DNA of 64,000 nt from Pseudomonadota bacterium (GTDB lineage: Bacteria > Pseudomonadota > Gammaproteobacteria > Steroidobacterales > Steroidobacteraceae), in contig JABBNZ010000009.1 of the NCBI GenBank assembly GCA_019352035.1, positions 3,989 to 67,988 of the forward strand. Reading direction: 5' to 3'. Numbering within the stretch: position 1 is the stretch's first letter; every line of letters starts with the position of its first letter. The translations under genes were made by a program, and so were the position numbers. This document shows positions 17,009 to 27,937 of the stretch, piece by piece. The notes below the pieces were generated by a model. The model was not told the origin of the DNA. It did not search any database and saw only the letters and a list, made by a program, of their open reading frames with translations.

Positions 17009-18787
17009 CTACTTCGGATAGGTGAGGCGGTCCTGGATGGCGAGCAGCACATCGCTGCGCGACACCTCACCGAGCAGGGTATGCCGCCATTGCCCCGGAG
17101 TGACCGGCAGCGCCGCCGCCTGCTCCCGCAGGAATCCGTCGAGCGCCTCGCACAGCGACATGTCGGGCGAGAGAGCGAAATTCACCGGGTTGGAGACCGC
17201 CTCTGCCGGGAGAGCCCAGTCGATCTCCCCCTGCTGCAGCCGCTCGAGCACCCTGCGGGGGTCGAACCATGCGACCAGGTCATCGCCGCTCGTGACGTAG
17301 ACCCGCTGCAGAGGCCGTTTGGGCAGCTGGTCATAGATGTCCGCCAAGCTCGTCGTCTCGGAGACGACGGCCGCCGGAGGCTTCACGAGCGCCTCCACGG
17401 TGCGCAGTCGCCAGTCATCGCCGTGCTCCGCCACGATCGCCTGATTGAGCGTCGCGTGATAGACGGACTTGCCATGCCGGTAAACCTTGGCCGTGTAGTA
17501 CGCCGCGGCGCAGGCCAGCATTCCGGGCAGCACCACGTCGTAGTCGAGAGTCATCTCGAAAATCATCATGAACGAGGTGAGCGGCGCCTGAGTCGTCGCC
17601 GCGAGAAATCCGCCCATGCCGACCAGCGCGTAAGCCGCCGGGACCGAGGCGATGTGAGGCATCAGACCGTGAAACACGCCGCCGAAGAGCGCGCCCACCG
17701 CGGCGCCGATGAAAAGCGAAGGCGTGAGCACGCCGCCAACGCCGCCGGAACCGACGGTCGCCGACGTCGCCAGTACCTTGGCGAGCAGAATCGTGAGCAG
17801 CGTCAAGCCGAGGACGTGTCCCTGCAAGATCGCGCTCACCACGCTGTAGCCGTTGCCCCATACCTGCGGCACTCCTGCGGAGATAAGGCCGGTGATCACG
17901 CCCCCGAGTCCGAGTTGCCAATAAAGAGGCAGCTTCAGCCGCACGAACTGGGACTTGGCGAAATCGAGCAACGTCAGGAAAGGGGGCGCCAGATGGCCGA
18001 GCAGCACCCCGAGAAAGACGTAAAAGATGAGCTCCCAATTGGATGCGAACACGACGTGCGGCACGTCGAAGACCGGACCGTAGCCGAGGAACCGATGGAT
18101 GACGGAACTGGAGACGGCCGAGGCGACCACCAGCGGAACGAAGCTCTCCATCGTGGTCGACCCGAGGACGATTTCCGTGGCGAACAGCGCGCCCGAGATC
18201 GGCGCGTTGTAAGCGGCCGCAATGCCTGCTGCCACGCCGCAGGCCACCATGAGCCGCAGGCGGGGCACTGGCGCGCGCGCGAGCAACCCCAACCTCGAGC
18301 CGAGCATTGCGGCAAGCTGCACCATCGAGCCTTCCCGGCCGATCGAGCCGCCGGATGAGATGGTGAGGAGGGAGGCGAAGCTCTTGAGGATCGAGGCGCG
18401 AAAGCCGATCTTGCCCTCGCCGACCTTGACCGCCTCGACGTAGTCGACGGCCTTGGAGGAAACGAACGTGCGGCGAACGAAGTACAGCACGGATCCCGCC
18501 AGAACGCCGCCGACCATCGGCACCAGCGCCCGGTGCCACCAGATGAGACTCGAGGCGGCCCCGACCAGCCCGGAGCCGTGGCCGCCGATGCTCGTGTACC
18601 CGGTGAAGAGCTTCGTGAAGAGGCGGATCAGCTCGCGGAAGATCACGCTCGCGAGCGCGCCGGCGATTCCGACCAGCGTCGCCCAGAAGATGATTCCGGC
18701 CAGATCCTCGTGGCCGAACAGGATCAGCCGCAGCCGGGTCAGCAGCGACAGCGGTACTCGCGCGAACTCTCGTGCCTTTACGTGCAT
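17009..18787 (-). CDS. ClC-family voltage-gated chloride channel/antiporter with C-terminal CBS pair
   Basis: Contains GSGGSIGREGSMVQ, GVGGVLTPSLFIGA and a CBS-like C-terminus. The ATG at 18787 is preferred over the TTG at 18886. Confidence 0.85.
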   Translation of the reverse strand: MHVKAREFARVPLSLLTRLRLILFGHEDLAGIIFWATLVGIAGALASVIFRELIRLFTKLFTGYTSIGGHGSGLVGAASSLIWWHRALVPMVGGVLAGSVLYFVRRTFVSSKAVDYVEAVKVGEGKIGFRASILKSFASLLTISSGGSIGREGSMVQLAAMLGSRLGLLARAPVPRLRLMVACGVAAGIAAAYNAPISGALFATEIVLGSTTMESFVPLVVASAVSSSVIHRFLGYGPVFDVPHVVFASNWELIFYVFLGVLLGHLAPPFLTLLDFAKSQFVRLKLPLYWQLGLGGVITGLISAGVPQVWGNGYSVVSAILQGHVLGLTLLTILLAKVLATSATVGSGGVGGVLTPSLFIGAAVGALFGGVFHGLMPHIASVPAAYALVGMGGFLAATTQAPLTSFMMIFEMTLDYDVVLPGMLACAAAYYTAKVYRHGKSVYHATLNQAIVAEHGDDWRLRTVEALVKPPAAVVSETTSLADIYDQLPKRPLQRVYVTSGDDLVAWFDPRRVLERLQQGEIDWALPAEAVSNPVNFALSPDMSLCEALDGFLREQAAALPVTPGQWRHTLLGEVSRSDVLLAIQDRLTYPK

Positions 18788-18962
18788 CTTCCGACTGGGC
18801 CCGGTCCTGATCCCGAACGGGCCGATTATGCATGCTGCCAGCCCCACACTGAGCGGGGCCTGAACAATGATCCCCAAAGTAGACAAATTCCGATCTATTT
18901 CCTAGCCTTCAGGATCACGCATTGCGCGACCCCCTTGTTCCACTCATTGCAGGAGAGCACTC

Positions 18963-19571
18963 GTGACCTTCACCCTTCCCTCGCTTCCGTTTGCGCCCGG
19001 CGCGCTCGCCGCCCGCGGCATGTGCCAGGAGACCCTGGAGTTCCATCATGGCAAGCACCATCAGGCCTACGTCACCGCGCTGAACGGTCTGGTGGACAAG
19101 AACGACGCCCTCAAGGGCAAGACGCTCGAAGAGGTGATCAAGCTCGCTCACGGCCGCGAGGATCTGACTCCCGTCTTCAATAACGCCGGACAGCATTGGA
19201 ACCACAGCTTCTTCTGGAACTGCCTCTCGCCCGAGGGCGGCGGCATCCCCGGCGATCTCGAGAAGAAGCTCGTCGCCGACTTCGGCAGCGTCGATAAATT
19301 CAAGGAAGCCTTCAAGGCGGCCGCGGTCGGTCAGTTCGGCTCGGGCTGGGCCTGGCTGGTGCTCGGCAAGGACGGGCGCCTGAAAGTCTCCAAGACCGCG
19401 AATGCCGGCCTGCCGCTCGCGACGGCCGAGGGCAAGGCCCTTCTCACCATCGATGTGTGGGAGCACGCCTACTACCTCGACTTCCGCAACCGCCGCCCGG
19501 ACTTCACCGACAACTTCCTGGCGAAGCTCGCCAATTACGAGTTCGCGGCGCAGCAGCTGAAGTCCGCCTGA
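18963..19571 (+). CDS. sodB: Fe/Mn superoxide dismutase (Fe type likely)
   Basis: Contains LPFAPGAL, FHHGKHHQAYV and DVWEHAYYLDFRNRRPDF. Confidence 0.93.
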   Translation: MTFTLPSLPFAPGALAARGMCQETLEFHHGKHHQAYVTALNGLVDKNDALKGKTLEEVIKLAHGREDLTPVFNNAGQHWNHSFFWNCLSPEGGGIPGDLEKKLVADFGSVDKFKEAFKAAAVGQFGSGWAWLVLGKDGRLKVSKTANAGLPLATAEGKALLTIDVWEHAYYLDFRNRRPDFTDNFLAKLANYEFAAQQLKSA

Positions 19572-19704
19572 GCACGAGGCGCCCCGCTCCGCCTCATGGG
19601 ATCCGCGGAGCGAACCAATGGGCGCGACGCTTGTCCCATGTGTGATGCCAGCGGCGGCCGTCACGGGTTGGTCTCGGTCGCAAAGCGGCATCGAGAGCCA
19701 GGGG

Positions 19705-19735
19705 GCCGGTCCCACGAGGGGCCGGCTCCCTTTTT
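19705..19735 (+). terminator. Rho-independent terminator downstream of sodB
   Basis: GCCGGTCCC-ACGA-GGGGCCGGC forms a 9-bp stem with one G-U pair, followed by TCCCTTTTTCT. Confidence 0.6.
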
Positions 19736-19902
19736 CTATTGGCGCGAAGTCGGCATCCTGTGCGTTGCCCGGCCAGCCCAGTCCCAGGGATGAACCTCGC
19801 GGCCCACGGAACGGCCTCCCTGAGACCCGCCAATCCGAGCGGAAACGCCCGGGGAAACGGCCGCTTACTCACTTGCTTTCGCACGGCGCGACGGGAAAAA
19901 AC

Positions 19903-22578
19903 ATGCGCGGGTATCTGATCACCGCTCTTGCCATCTGCATTGCAGGATTGGCCGTGCCTCGAAGTCACGCCGCAGCGGCAAATCCGCTCGGGACGCAGGT
20001 CGCGAGGGAGACGCTGGCGAATGGGCTGCGGGTCGTGGTGGTGCGGGATCCACTGGCGCCGGTGGTCGCGACTTCGGTGAATTACCTGGTGGGCTCCGAC
20101 GAGGCGCCGAAGGGGTTCCCGGGAATGGCGCATGCGCAGGAGCACATGATGTTCCGCGGCAGCCCGGGCCTGAGCGCCGATCAGCTCGCCGACATCGGCA
20201 GCATCATGGGCGGCAACTTCAACGCCGACACGCGGGAGAGCCTGACCCAGTATCTGTTCACGGTTCCGGCGCAGGACCTCGACCTTGCCCTGCGCATCGA
20301 GGCGATCCGCATGCGCGGAGTGCTCGATTCCGCGAGTCAGTGGAAGCAGGAGCGCGGCGCCATCGAGCAGGAAGTGGCGCAGGACTTTTCCGATCCCGAC
20401 TACGTCCTCTACGAGAAGATGCGTGCGCAAATGTTCGCCGGAACGCCGTACGCTCATGATGCGCTCGGCACCCGCCCTTCCTTCAATGCCACCACGGCGG
20501 CGATGCTGCACCGCTTCTACGACACGTGGTATGCGCCGAACAACGCCATCCTGGTGATTGCCGGCGACGTCGACCCGCAATCCACCCTGCTGGAGGTGAA
20601 GCGGCTGTTCGGCGGCATTCCCGCAAAGAAGCTGCCCGAGCGTCCCGCGGTGCGGCTCGGCCCGCCGCACGCCGCCGCCTTCAGCATGAGCACCGATCAC
20701 CCGAATGGCACGGCGATGATCGCGGTGCGCACACCGGGGCTCGACAGTCCGGATTTCGCCGCGCTCGAGGTGCTCTCGGATGTCCTCGACAGCCGCCGCT
20801 TCGCGCTCTTCGGGCTGGTCCCTCAGGGCAAGGCGTTGGATGCGGATTTCTCCCTCGACCCGCTGCCGCAGGCAGGGATCGCCTACGCCACGGTGTCATT
20901 CCCCGCGGGCCAGGACCCCAAGGCGATCGAAAGCGACATCCGCGCCATCCTCGCCGGTGTGGTGAAGCACGGCGTTCCCGCGAATCTCGTCGCGGCGGCG
21001 AAGCTGCAGGAGCGGCGCGCGGCCGAGTTCCAGAAGGACTCCATCGCGGACTTCGCCTCCGACTGGTCCGACGCGCTGGCGCTCTACAAGGTCGACTCGC
21101 CGAGTGATGAGCTCGCGCGGATCCAGAAGGTCACCGCGCAGGACGTCGATCGCGTCGCGCGGAAGTACCTCGATCTCGATCATGCGGTCACGGCCGTGAT
21201 GCTGCCGCGCGGCTCTGGAAAGCCCATGCCTTCCCGCGGCGGCTTCGGCGGCCAGGAGTCGATCTCCCTCGGCGCCGCGAAGCCGACCGCGCTGCCGACC
21301 TGGGCCAGCGTCGCGCTGAGCCGCCTGAGCGTGCCGCCCTCCACCCTGCATCCGGTGGTGACCCGGCTGCCGGATGGCCTCACGTTGGTCGTGCAGACAG
21401 AGAATGTCAGCAACACGGTGAGTATCTACGGCCACATCCGCAATCAGCCCGACCTCGAGGAGCCGCGCGGCGAGGAGGGCGTGGCCGCCCTGCTCGACCG
21501 TATGTTCATGTTCGGCAGCGAGCGGCTGCACCGGCTGCAGTTCCAACAGGCGCTGGATGCCATCGGGGCGAGCGAGCAGGCGGGCACCGACTTCGGTCTG
21601 CAGGTCCTGCCGGAGAATCTCGATCGCGGCGTGCAGCTGCTCGCGCAGAACGAGCTCGATCCCTACCTCCCCGCCAAAGCGATGGCGATCCTGCGCGATC
21701 AGCTCGCCGCAAGCGTCGGCGCCCGCAATCAGAGTCCGGGTTTCCTGACCCGGCACTCCTTGCGTCAGGCGCTCTTTCCAACGACCGACCCGAGCCTGCG
21801 CATGGCTACGCCGGCCACGGTCCGGGCGCTCACGCCCGATGAGGTGCGCGCCTATTACCGGAAGGTCTTCCGCCCCGACCTCGCCACCATCGTGGTCATC
21901 GGCAAGGTGACGCCGCGGCAGGCGCTGTCGGTCATCGAGAAGTATTTCGGCTCGTGGAAGGCAGTGGGACCCCAGCCGCCGACGGAGCTGCCGGCTGTGC
22001 CGCCGAATCGCCCCGGCGTCGTGGCCGTGCCCGACGCGAGCCGGGTACAGGACATCGTGGTGCTCGCCCAGACGCTGCCGCTCACCCGGAGCAATCCCGA
22101 TTACTTCCCGTTGGAGCTCGGCAATGCCGTACTCGGGGGCAGCTTCTACTCGACGCGTCTCAGCATCGCATTGCGCAAGCGAACCGGCCTCGTGTATTCC
22201 GTCGACTCGGCGCTCGAGGCAGGCAAGACCCGCAGCGCCTACCTCGTGGAATACGCCTGCGACCCGCCCAATGTCGCCAAGGCCGCCGCCATCGTCCGGC
22301 GCGAGATCGCCGAGATGCGGCGCAAGCCGGTCGGCAAGGAGGAACTGATGCGGGTCAAAGAGCTGCTGGTCCGGCAGATTCCGCTGGAGGAGTCGAGCGT
22401 GGATGCCATGGCGGGCGGCATCATCAGCCGCATCGACCTCGGGCTGCCGCTCGATGAGCCGACCATCGCCGCGCGGCACTACATCGGGCTCGGTCCCCGG
22501 CAGATCGAGGCGGCGTTCCGCAAGTGGATGCGCCCGAACGATCTCGTCCAGGTCAGCGAGGGGCCGCCGCCCCGCTAG
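19903..22578 (+). CDS. Secreted M16 (pitrilysin) family zinc peptidase, double M16 unit
   Basis: It has a signal peptide (MRGYLITALAICIAGLAVP), the HxxEH motif (HAQEHMMFRG) and two tandem M16 active/inactive halves in about 891 aa. Confidence 0.87.
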   Translation: MRGYLITALAICIAGLAVPRSHAAAANPLGTQVARETLANGLRVVVVRDPLAPVVATSVNYLVGSDEAPKGFPGMAHAQEHMMFRGSPGLSADQLADIGSIMGGNFNADTRESLTQYLFTVPAQDLDLALRIEAIRMRGVLDSASQWKQERGAIEQEVAQDFSDPDYVLYEKMRAQMFAGTPYAHDALGTRPSFNATTAAMLHRFYDTWYAPNNAILVIAGDVDPQSTLLEVKRLFGGIPAKKLPERPAVRLGPPHAAAFSMSTDHPNGTAMIAVRTPGLDSPDFAALEVLSDVLDSRRFALFGLVPQGKALDADFSLDPLPQAGIAYATVSFPAGQDPKAIESDIRAILAGVVKHGVPANLVAAAKLQERRAAEFQKDSIADFASDWSDALALYKVDSPSDELARIQKVTAQDVDRVARKYLDLDHAVTAVMLPRGSGKPMPSRGGFGGQESISLGAAKPTALPTWASVALSRLSVPPSTLHPVVTRLPDGLTLVVQTENVSNTVSIYGHIRNQPDLEEPRGEEGVAALLDRMFMFGSERLHRLQFQQALDAIGASEQAGTDFGLQVLPENLDRGVQLLAQNELDPYLPAKAMAILRDQLAASVGARNQSPGFLTRHSLRQALFPTTDPSLRMATPATVRALTPDEVRAYYRKVFRPDLATIVVIGKVTPRQALSVIEKYFGSWKAVGPQPPTELPAVPPNRPGVVAVPDASRVQDIVVLAQTLPLTRSNPDYFPLELGNAVLGGSFYSTRLSIALRKRTGLVYSVDSALEAGKTRSAYLVEYACDPPNVAKAAAIVRREIAEMRRKPVGKEELMRVKELLVRQIPLEESSVDAMAGGIISRIDLGLPLDEPTIAARHYIGLGPRQIEAAFRKWMRPNDLVQVSEGPPPR

Positions 22579-23191
22579 GCCCTCCGGCAGCGGCCTGCGC
22601 GCTCGCGACGACCGGAAGACGCAAGGTCACCCAGAACTTGCCCGCTCGGGACGGCGGCGCGGAGCAGTCGAAATGCGCCGAATCCACTTTGACGGGCATC
22701 GAGGCCAACATCGTCTGGCGGATCTGCCGCAGCAGCTGGCAATCGGACGCGTGGAGGGTTTTCGGCTTTCCGGGCGAGAGCCGGACGGTACCTTCGACAG
22801 CGTGGATGGGCGCCCCGGTCACGCCGGGCTGAAGCAGGAACGGCAGCTGAAACCGGACTTCCACGTGAGGAGATTTCAGGTCGCCGTCCGGCGTCGGACT
22901 GCAGTCGTACGGCAGGATGTTGATGCCCGCGGGCGGTGCCCCGAAGCGCAGCAGGATGCCCCGGAATTCGTACCAGAGCTGGTCGCAGGTGTAGGTGCGC
23001 GGAAGACTCTGGAAGTCGACGATCATGTCGTAGGTCCGCCAGATGGCAGGGCGAGCCGCCACCATGCCGCCCTGCGTCGCATCCCGAGCCGCCGGGGCCG
23101 GCGCGGCACGTCCGATGGATGACACGCTCCAAGCGCCGCCGAATGCCATTACACATGCGGCCACGCTGATGGCACTCAGATATCGTCTCAT
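22553..23191 (-). CDS. Hypothetical secreted protein with four Cys
   Basis: GGAGGG lies upstream of ATG 23191. It has a signal peptide (MRRYLSAISVAACVMAFGGAWS). I recognise no family. Confidence 0.5.
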   Translation of the reverse strand: MRRYLSAISVAACVMAFGGAWSVSSIGRAAPAPAARDATQGGMVAARPAIWRTYDMIVDFQSLPRTYTCDQLWYEFRGILLRFGAPPAGINILPYDCSPTPDGDLKSPHVEVRFQLPFLLQPGVTGAPIHAVEGTVRLSPGKPKTLHASDCQLLRQIRQTMLASMPVKVDSAHFDCSAPPSRAGKFWVTLRLPVVASAQAAAGGPSGAAAPR

Positions 23192-23339
23192 GCGCCCTCC
23201 GTCAAGTCTTTGTAATTCCTGGACTTCGATCTGCGGCAGTGGTCTTCGGTTCCCTTGCCACAATTCGCCATGATTCCGCCACGGCCGCGGCCGCAGAGGC
23301 GCCGAGACTCTCCCTCAGGCCTTGGCGGCGGACCGTACC

Positions 23340-24086
23340 ATGCTCACGAACCTCAGGATCTGGCTGAACCATTTCGAATATCACGCCCAGCAGCCGCGCG
23401 GCGCTGCGGGCGGCTCACCGGCCACGCTTGCGCCCGAAGAGCGCCGGCTCATCGCACGCTCCCTCGCCACCTTCCAATTGGGCGAGCAGTCCGATGGTGC
23501 CGGGCTCCTGCGGGCGGCCTGCCGCTTCGCGGCCGCTCACGGCGATGAGCTGTTGCCCCGGATCACCGAGCTCTTCGTTCGCGAGGAGCAGCGCCACGCG
23601 CGACTGCTGCGCGATTTCATGGACGAGCACGGCATTTCTGCGAGGGGGCGGCACTGGAGCGACGCCATATTCCGCCGCGTGCGCGGACTCGGCGGCTTCG
23701 AGCTCTACCTTCACGTCCTCATCACGGCCGAGCTCATCGGCAGCGTCTATTACCGCGCGCTCGAATCCGTCACCCGCTGCCAGCGGCTCAGGGTCCTCTG
23801 CCGCAGCCTGCTCGCGGACGAGCTCGCACACATCGGGTATGAGTCGGAGCTCATTCTCGAGCTGCGGGCCGAGCGGCCCGCGGCGCTGCGTGCGTTGCTT
23901 CGGCTGCTGCATCGCGCCTTTTTCTGCGGCGCTGCCTGCTGCGTCTGGATCTCCCACCGCGCGGTCCTGCGGCGCGCGGGCCACACCGGAGGCGGATTCC
24001 TGCGCCGGTGCCTGGATCAATACGCGTTCCATCTGGATCCGCCTGCCGGCTGGGCGGCTGCGGCGGCCGGCGCTCGGCGGCGCTGA
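23340..24086 (+). CDS. Ferritin-like (putative di-iron) domain protein
   Basis: Two ExxH motifs (REEQRHARLL, ADELAHIGYE) sit in a helical context. ATG 23340 is preferred over TTG 23322. Confidence 0.55.
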   Translation: MLTNLRIWLNHFEYHAQQPRGAAGGSPATLAPEERRLIARSLATFQLGEQSDGAGLLRAACRFAAAHGDELLPRITELFVREEQRHARLLRDFMDEHGISARGRHWSDAIFRRVRGLGGFELYLHVLITAELIGSVYYRALESVTRCQRLRVLCRSLLADELAHIGYESELILELRAERPAALRALLRLLHRAFFCGAACCVWISHRAVLRRAGHTGGGFLRRCLDQYAFHLDPPAGWAAAAAGARRR

Positions 24087-24093
24087 CCGACCG

Positions 24094-25674
24094 TCAGTGT
24101 CCCGCGCGCCGCGAGGCGTGCTCGGCGAGGTCCAGCCGCTGCCTCCACGGGTCGGCCTCGGACACCGGACCGTGCCCGGTGAAGTTCATGAGCTCGTCGG
24201 TGCTCGTGCGATATTCCGGCCAGGCAGGCTCTCCGCGCGGATCAGGGCGGCCGGTACGCGCGAAGGCGACCCAGTACGCGTGCACGGCGCGCGCCATGGC
24301 TTCGTCGGCGCGCGATGTCTTCTTGCCGTAGTGCGCCGCCACCGTGTCGAAGACGAATGGAATCTCGGACGCATGGGGTGCGCCGGGAACCGTGCCGCGT
24401 AGCGAAGTTGCCACGTAGCCGAAGCGATACTCGTATACGCGCTGGCCGCGAGCGGACAGGATCCGCGCGATGGCGCGAGCGGGCTCCACCATCCACTGAT
24501 CACCGCCGGCGGCGTAGGACACTTGCTGCAACGTGCGCCGCCCGTCAGGGTCGTAGACACGACGGGCCTTCGCGGCATCCTTGCCGAAGCCCCTCCACAC
24601 CGCCGGGAGAGAAGCCGCGGTCAGATGGCCGATCTCATCCGTGTTGGCGCCGATCATGACCGGCACGCGGGCGACTGCGCCCGATGCATATACCTTGACC
24701 GGCGCGCCCGGATAAAGGCCCGGGTCGAGAATGGGGCCGCCGACGTAGGTGTGGTTCGCGCCCATGGTGGCCATGTTGAGGCCATCCACCAGCCTCTGCG
24801 CCGGCAATGCACGCATCGCCGCCAACGCGGCAGGGCCCTCGCCGTCGATGCCGAGGTGACGCGCGAGCCTGAGGCCCATCGCCTCCGCCGAGTGCGGCGA
24901 GCCGGAGAGCGGCCGCGACGGGAAGATGTTGTCGCGTCCGCCGCCCGATTCGATGATCGCCTTCGCGAACAGACCGCGCGCGCGCGGACTCATGAGCAAC
25001 GCGTTGACGGATATTCCGCCCGCGGACTCGCCGAAGATCGTCACGTTGCGCGGATCGCCGCCGAACGCACCGATGTGGCGCCGCACCCATTCGAGCGCGG
25101 CGATCTGATCCATGAGCGCATAGTCGCCCCGACGGCCGGCGGCCGCGAGCCGGTCGAGCGCCGGAAAGGCGAAGAAACCGAAGTTTCCGAGGCGGTAATT
25201 GAAGCTGACGAGCACCACGCCGTCGCGGGCGAACTCCGTGCCGTCGTACACGGCCGGCGAGGTGCCGCCGTCCACGAATCCACCCCCATAAATCCACACC
25301 ATGACCGGCAGCTTGCGCGCGCCGGCCGATTTCGGACGCCATACGTTCAGATAAAGACAGCTCTCTCGCGACTCGGTCCGCAATGGTGCCGCATCGCCCG
25401 GAGTCGGCAGCTGCGCGCAGTCAGGCCCGAAGTGCAGTGCCGGCCGGACGCCGGCCCAGGGCTTGACCGGTTGCGGCGGCGCCCACCTGAGGGCGCCCAC
25501 GGGCGGTGCCGCGTAGGGGATGCCTTTGAACGTGATCACCCCGCGCTCGACTGCGCCGCGGACCATTCCGCCCCCGACGCGCACTTCCAGAGGCGCCGCT
25601 GCAACGCGCGCCTGTGCGGCCGCGGCGAGCGTAAGGACGGCGATCCCGGCGCAAGCGGCCCCAGGGAGAGACAT
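24094..25674 (-). CDS. Type B carboxylesterase/lipase, secreted
   Basis: It has a signal peptide, FKGIPYAAPPVGALRW, and the nucleophile elbow GESAGG. The real start is at MSLPGAA (ATG 25674), not at the 988-aa read-through ORF. Confidence 0.9.
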   Translation of the reverse strand: MSLPGAACAGIAVLTLAAAAQARVAAAPLEVRVGGGMVRGAVERGVITFKGIPYAAPPVGALRWAPPQPVKPWAGVRPALHFGPDCAQLPTPGDAAPLRTESRESCLYLNVWRPKSAGARKLPVMVWIYGGGFVDGGTSPAVYDGTEFARDGVVLVSFNYRLGNFGFFAFPALDRLAAAGRRGDYALMDQIAALEWVRRHIGAFGGDPRNVTIFGESAGGISVNALLMSPRARGLFAKAIIESGGGRDNIFPSRPLSGSPHSAEAMGLRLARHLGIDGEGPAALAAMRALPAQRLVDGLNMATMGANHTYVGGPILDPGLYPGAPVKVYASGAVARVPVMIGANTDEIGHLTAASLPAVWRGFGKDAAKARRVYDPDGRRTLQQVSYAAGGDQWMVEPARAIARILSARGQRVYEYRFGYVATSLRGTVPGAPHASEIPFVFDTVAAHYGKKTSRADEAMARAVHAYWVAFARTGRPDPRGEPAWPEYRTSTDELMNFTGHGPVSEADPWRQRLDLAEHASRRAGH

Positions 25675-25709
25675 GCGCAACGCACGCTGCACCCTTCCTG
25701 CGCGTACGC

Positions 25710-26789
25710 TCACGGCAGTCGCCTCCCCTCGAAGAAGTCCCGCAAGGCGCCGACACCCGGCGCCAGGTCGAGCTTCTTCTGAGTGATCCACGCGTCGTTG
25801 AAATACGTCGAGGCATATCGCTCGCCCTGGTCGCAGAGGATCGATACCACCGAGCCGGTCTCGCCCTTGGCGGCCATTTCCGATATCAGCCGGGCGCAGG
25901 CCCAGATGTTGGTGCCGGTCGACCCGCCGCAGCGGCGCCCGAGCCGCTCGCTGATGACACGGGTGGCGGCGATGCTGCAGGCGTCGGATACGGGAATCAT
26001 GCGATCGACGACCTCCGGAATGAACGACGGCTCCACGTGCTGACGGCCGATGCCCTCGATGCAGGAATCGCAGCGCTCGACGGCGGTGACGCTGCGATCC
26101 GCGTAGTGGCGATGAAAGACCGACGCTTCCGGATCGCTGACACAGATCTCGGTCGCGTAACGGTAGTAACGCACGTACCTTCCGAGCGTGGCCGAGGTGC
26201 CGCCGGTTCCGGCGCCGCAGACGATCCAGCGCGGGATGGGATGAGGCTCCTGGGCAAGCTGGCGGAAGACCGACTCCGCGATGTTGTTGTTGCCGCGCCA
26301 GTCCGTCGCCCGCTCCGCGTACGTGAACTGGTCCATGTAGTGGCCGGACACCTCGGCCGCCAGCCGCTCGGCCTCGACATGAACCGTCTTCGGGTCGTCG
26401 ACGAAATGGCACTCGCCGCCCTGGAACTCGATGGCGGCGATCTTCTCGGCGGCGGTGGACCCCGGCACGACCGCGATGAACCGTAGCCCGAGCATGCGCG
26501 CGAAGTACGCTTCCGAGACGGCGGTCGAGCCGCTCGAAGACTCGACGATCGGCATCTGCGGGCCGATCCAGCCGTTGCACAGCGCATAGAGAAACAGCGA
26601 GCGGGCGAGCCGGTGCTTCAGGCTGCCGGTCGGGTGGCTCGACTCGTCCTTCAGGTAGAGCTCGATGCCGGGATAGCCGGAGAGCTGCACCGGAATGAGG
26701 TGCGTGTCCGCGGAACGGTTGAAGTCGGCGTCGATGCGGCGGACCGCCTCGGCCGTCCAGGCGCGGGAGATTGAGAGTGCGCGGCTCAT
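25710..26789 (-). CDS. Fold-type II PLP-dependent enzyme (cysteine synthase family)
   Basis: Contains [17 protein letters not shown] (PLP Lys) and [11 protein letters not shown]. The start forms an ATGA overlap with the upstream dehydrogenase stop. Confidence 0.82.
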   Translation of the reverse strand: MSRALSISRAWTAEAVRRIDADFNRSADTHLIPVQLSGYPGIELYLKDESSHPTGSLKHRLARSLFLYALCNGWIGPQMPIVESSSGSTAVSEAYFARMLGLRFIAVVPGSTAAEKIAAIEFQGGECHFVDDPKTVHVEAERLAAEVSGHYMDQFTYAERATDWRGNNNIAESVFRQLAQEPHPIPRWIVCGAGTGGTSATLGRYVRYYRYATEICVSDPEASVFHRHYADRSVTAVERCDSCIEGIGRQHVEPSFIPEVVDRMIPVSDACSIAATRVISERLGRRCGGSTGTNIWACARLISEMAAKGETGSVVSILCDQGERYASTYFNDAWITQKKLDLAPGVGALRDFFEGRRLP

Positions 26790-27793
26790 GATATGGGCTC
26801 CGTCGGCTCCGGCCGGATCGTCGGCCGCGGTTGCGGGTCGTTCCGCGCCTGCCGCGGCGGCTGCCCGCGCAGCACGCGCACGACCTCCTCGCTCGCCTTG
26901 CGCCGCAGATCGCGCAGCGAGGCATCGGATGAGAACGCGACATGGGGCGAGAGAATGACCTCGGGCCGCAGCAGCCCTGGAGGAACCCGCGGCTCCTCTT
27001 CCAACACATCGAGCGCCGCGCCGGCGAGCCTGCCACTCTCCAGCGCCGCAACGAGAGCACACGACTCGATCACCGCCCCGCGGCTCACGTTGACGAGAAA
27101 GGCGCCGGGCTTCATCAGGCCGATGCGCTCGCGGCCGAGCAGGTGATGGGTCTGCGCGGTGAGCGGGACGTGAACGATTACCACATCGGAGCCGCTCAGG
27201 AGGTCCTCGAGCGTCGTCGTCTCGACGATTGCGGCGACGGCGGCGTCCGCGCTTCGGGCGTGCCCCAGAAGGCGCACGCCGAAGGCGCGCAGCTTCTCGG
27301 CGGTTCGCCGCCCGGTGCGCCCCAAGCCTATGATCCCGCAGGTCAGGTCGCGTACCCGCCGCAGCCGCGCGCTCGCAGGCTCCCAACGCCCGGCCTTGAC
27401 CTCGCGATCGAAATGAACGAGTCCTCGCGCCCAGGCGAGCACCATCGCGACGGCGTGGTCGGACACCTCCTCGATGCAGTAATCCGGGACGTTGGTGACC
27501 CAGATGCCGCGCCGGGCGGCCTCATCGACCGCGATGTTGTCCAACCCGACGCCGAGGCGCGCGACGATCCGCAGCGAAGGGCTGGCCGCGATTGCGGCGG
27601 TGCTCACCGGCGCCCAGTTGGTCATGATGGCGGCGGGCCGGTGCTCGGCCGCAAGGCCCGCAATCACTTCGGCAGAGGCGGCCTTGGCCGGACCGGTCAC
27701 GAGGCGCAGTCCCGCGCCTTCGATGATTTCCGCCTCGATCGCGACGTCCGGCCAGGCATAGTCCGTGAGCAGAACGGTGGCGCGCGAGGTCAT
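26786..27793 (-). CDS. D-isomer-specific 2-hydroxyacid dehydrogenase family (PGDH-like)
   Basis: It has an NAD-binding [16 protein letters not shown] motif, VNVSRG and SPHVAFSS. The start is at MTSRATV (ATG 27793). Confidence 0.85.
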   Translation of the reverse strand: MTSRATVLLTDYAWPDVAIEAEIIEGAGLRLVTGPAKAASAEVIAGLAAEHRPAAIMTNWAPVSTAAIAASPSLRIVARLGVGLDNIAVDEAARRGIWVTNVPDYCIEEVSDHAVAMVLAWARGLVHFDREVKAGRWEPASARLRRVRDLTCGIIGLGRTGRRTAEKLRAFGVRLLGHARSADAAVAAIVETTTLEDLLSGSDVVIVHVPLTAQTHHLLGRERIGLMKPGAFLVNVSRGAVIESCALVAALESGRLAGAALDVLEEEPRVPPGLLRPEVILSPHVAFSSDASLRDLRRKASEEVVRVLRGQPPRQARNDPQPRPTIRPEPTEPIS

Positions 27794-27879
27794 GGGGCCC
27801 AATCCTGATGATCCGGCATGGGTAGACCTTGACCGCCTATATGGCCCGAACGGGGTGGCGGCGGTCAAGGTCCCCGTTC

Positions 27880-27912
27880 AAACCGTGCATGCGGATTGGC
27901 CGCACACGGCTT
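27880..27912 (-). ncRNA. Group II intron domain V-like hairpin
   Basis: On the minus strand the sequence is AAGCCGUGUGCGGCCAAUCCGCAUGCACGGUUU. It has the AGC triad with a G-U pair, a 9-bp lower stem, a 2-nt bulge and a 4-bp upper stem, aligning with the ai5gamma DV consensus GAGCCGUAU...ACGGUUC. Confidence 0.75.
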
Positions 27913-27937
27913 GCCAGTGATCGGTCGGCACACAGCA

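Noticed and set aside
24094-27060. A 988-aa minus-strand ORF that suggests a giant protein.
   Set aside because: Only the last 526 codons (from ATG 25674, with a signal peptide and the GESAGG esterase motif) look like a real protein. The upstream part runs in a non-coding frame across the PLP-enzyme gene.
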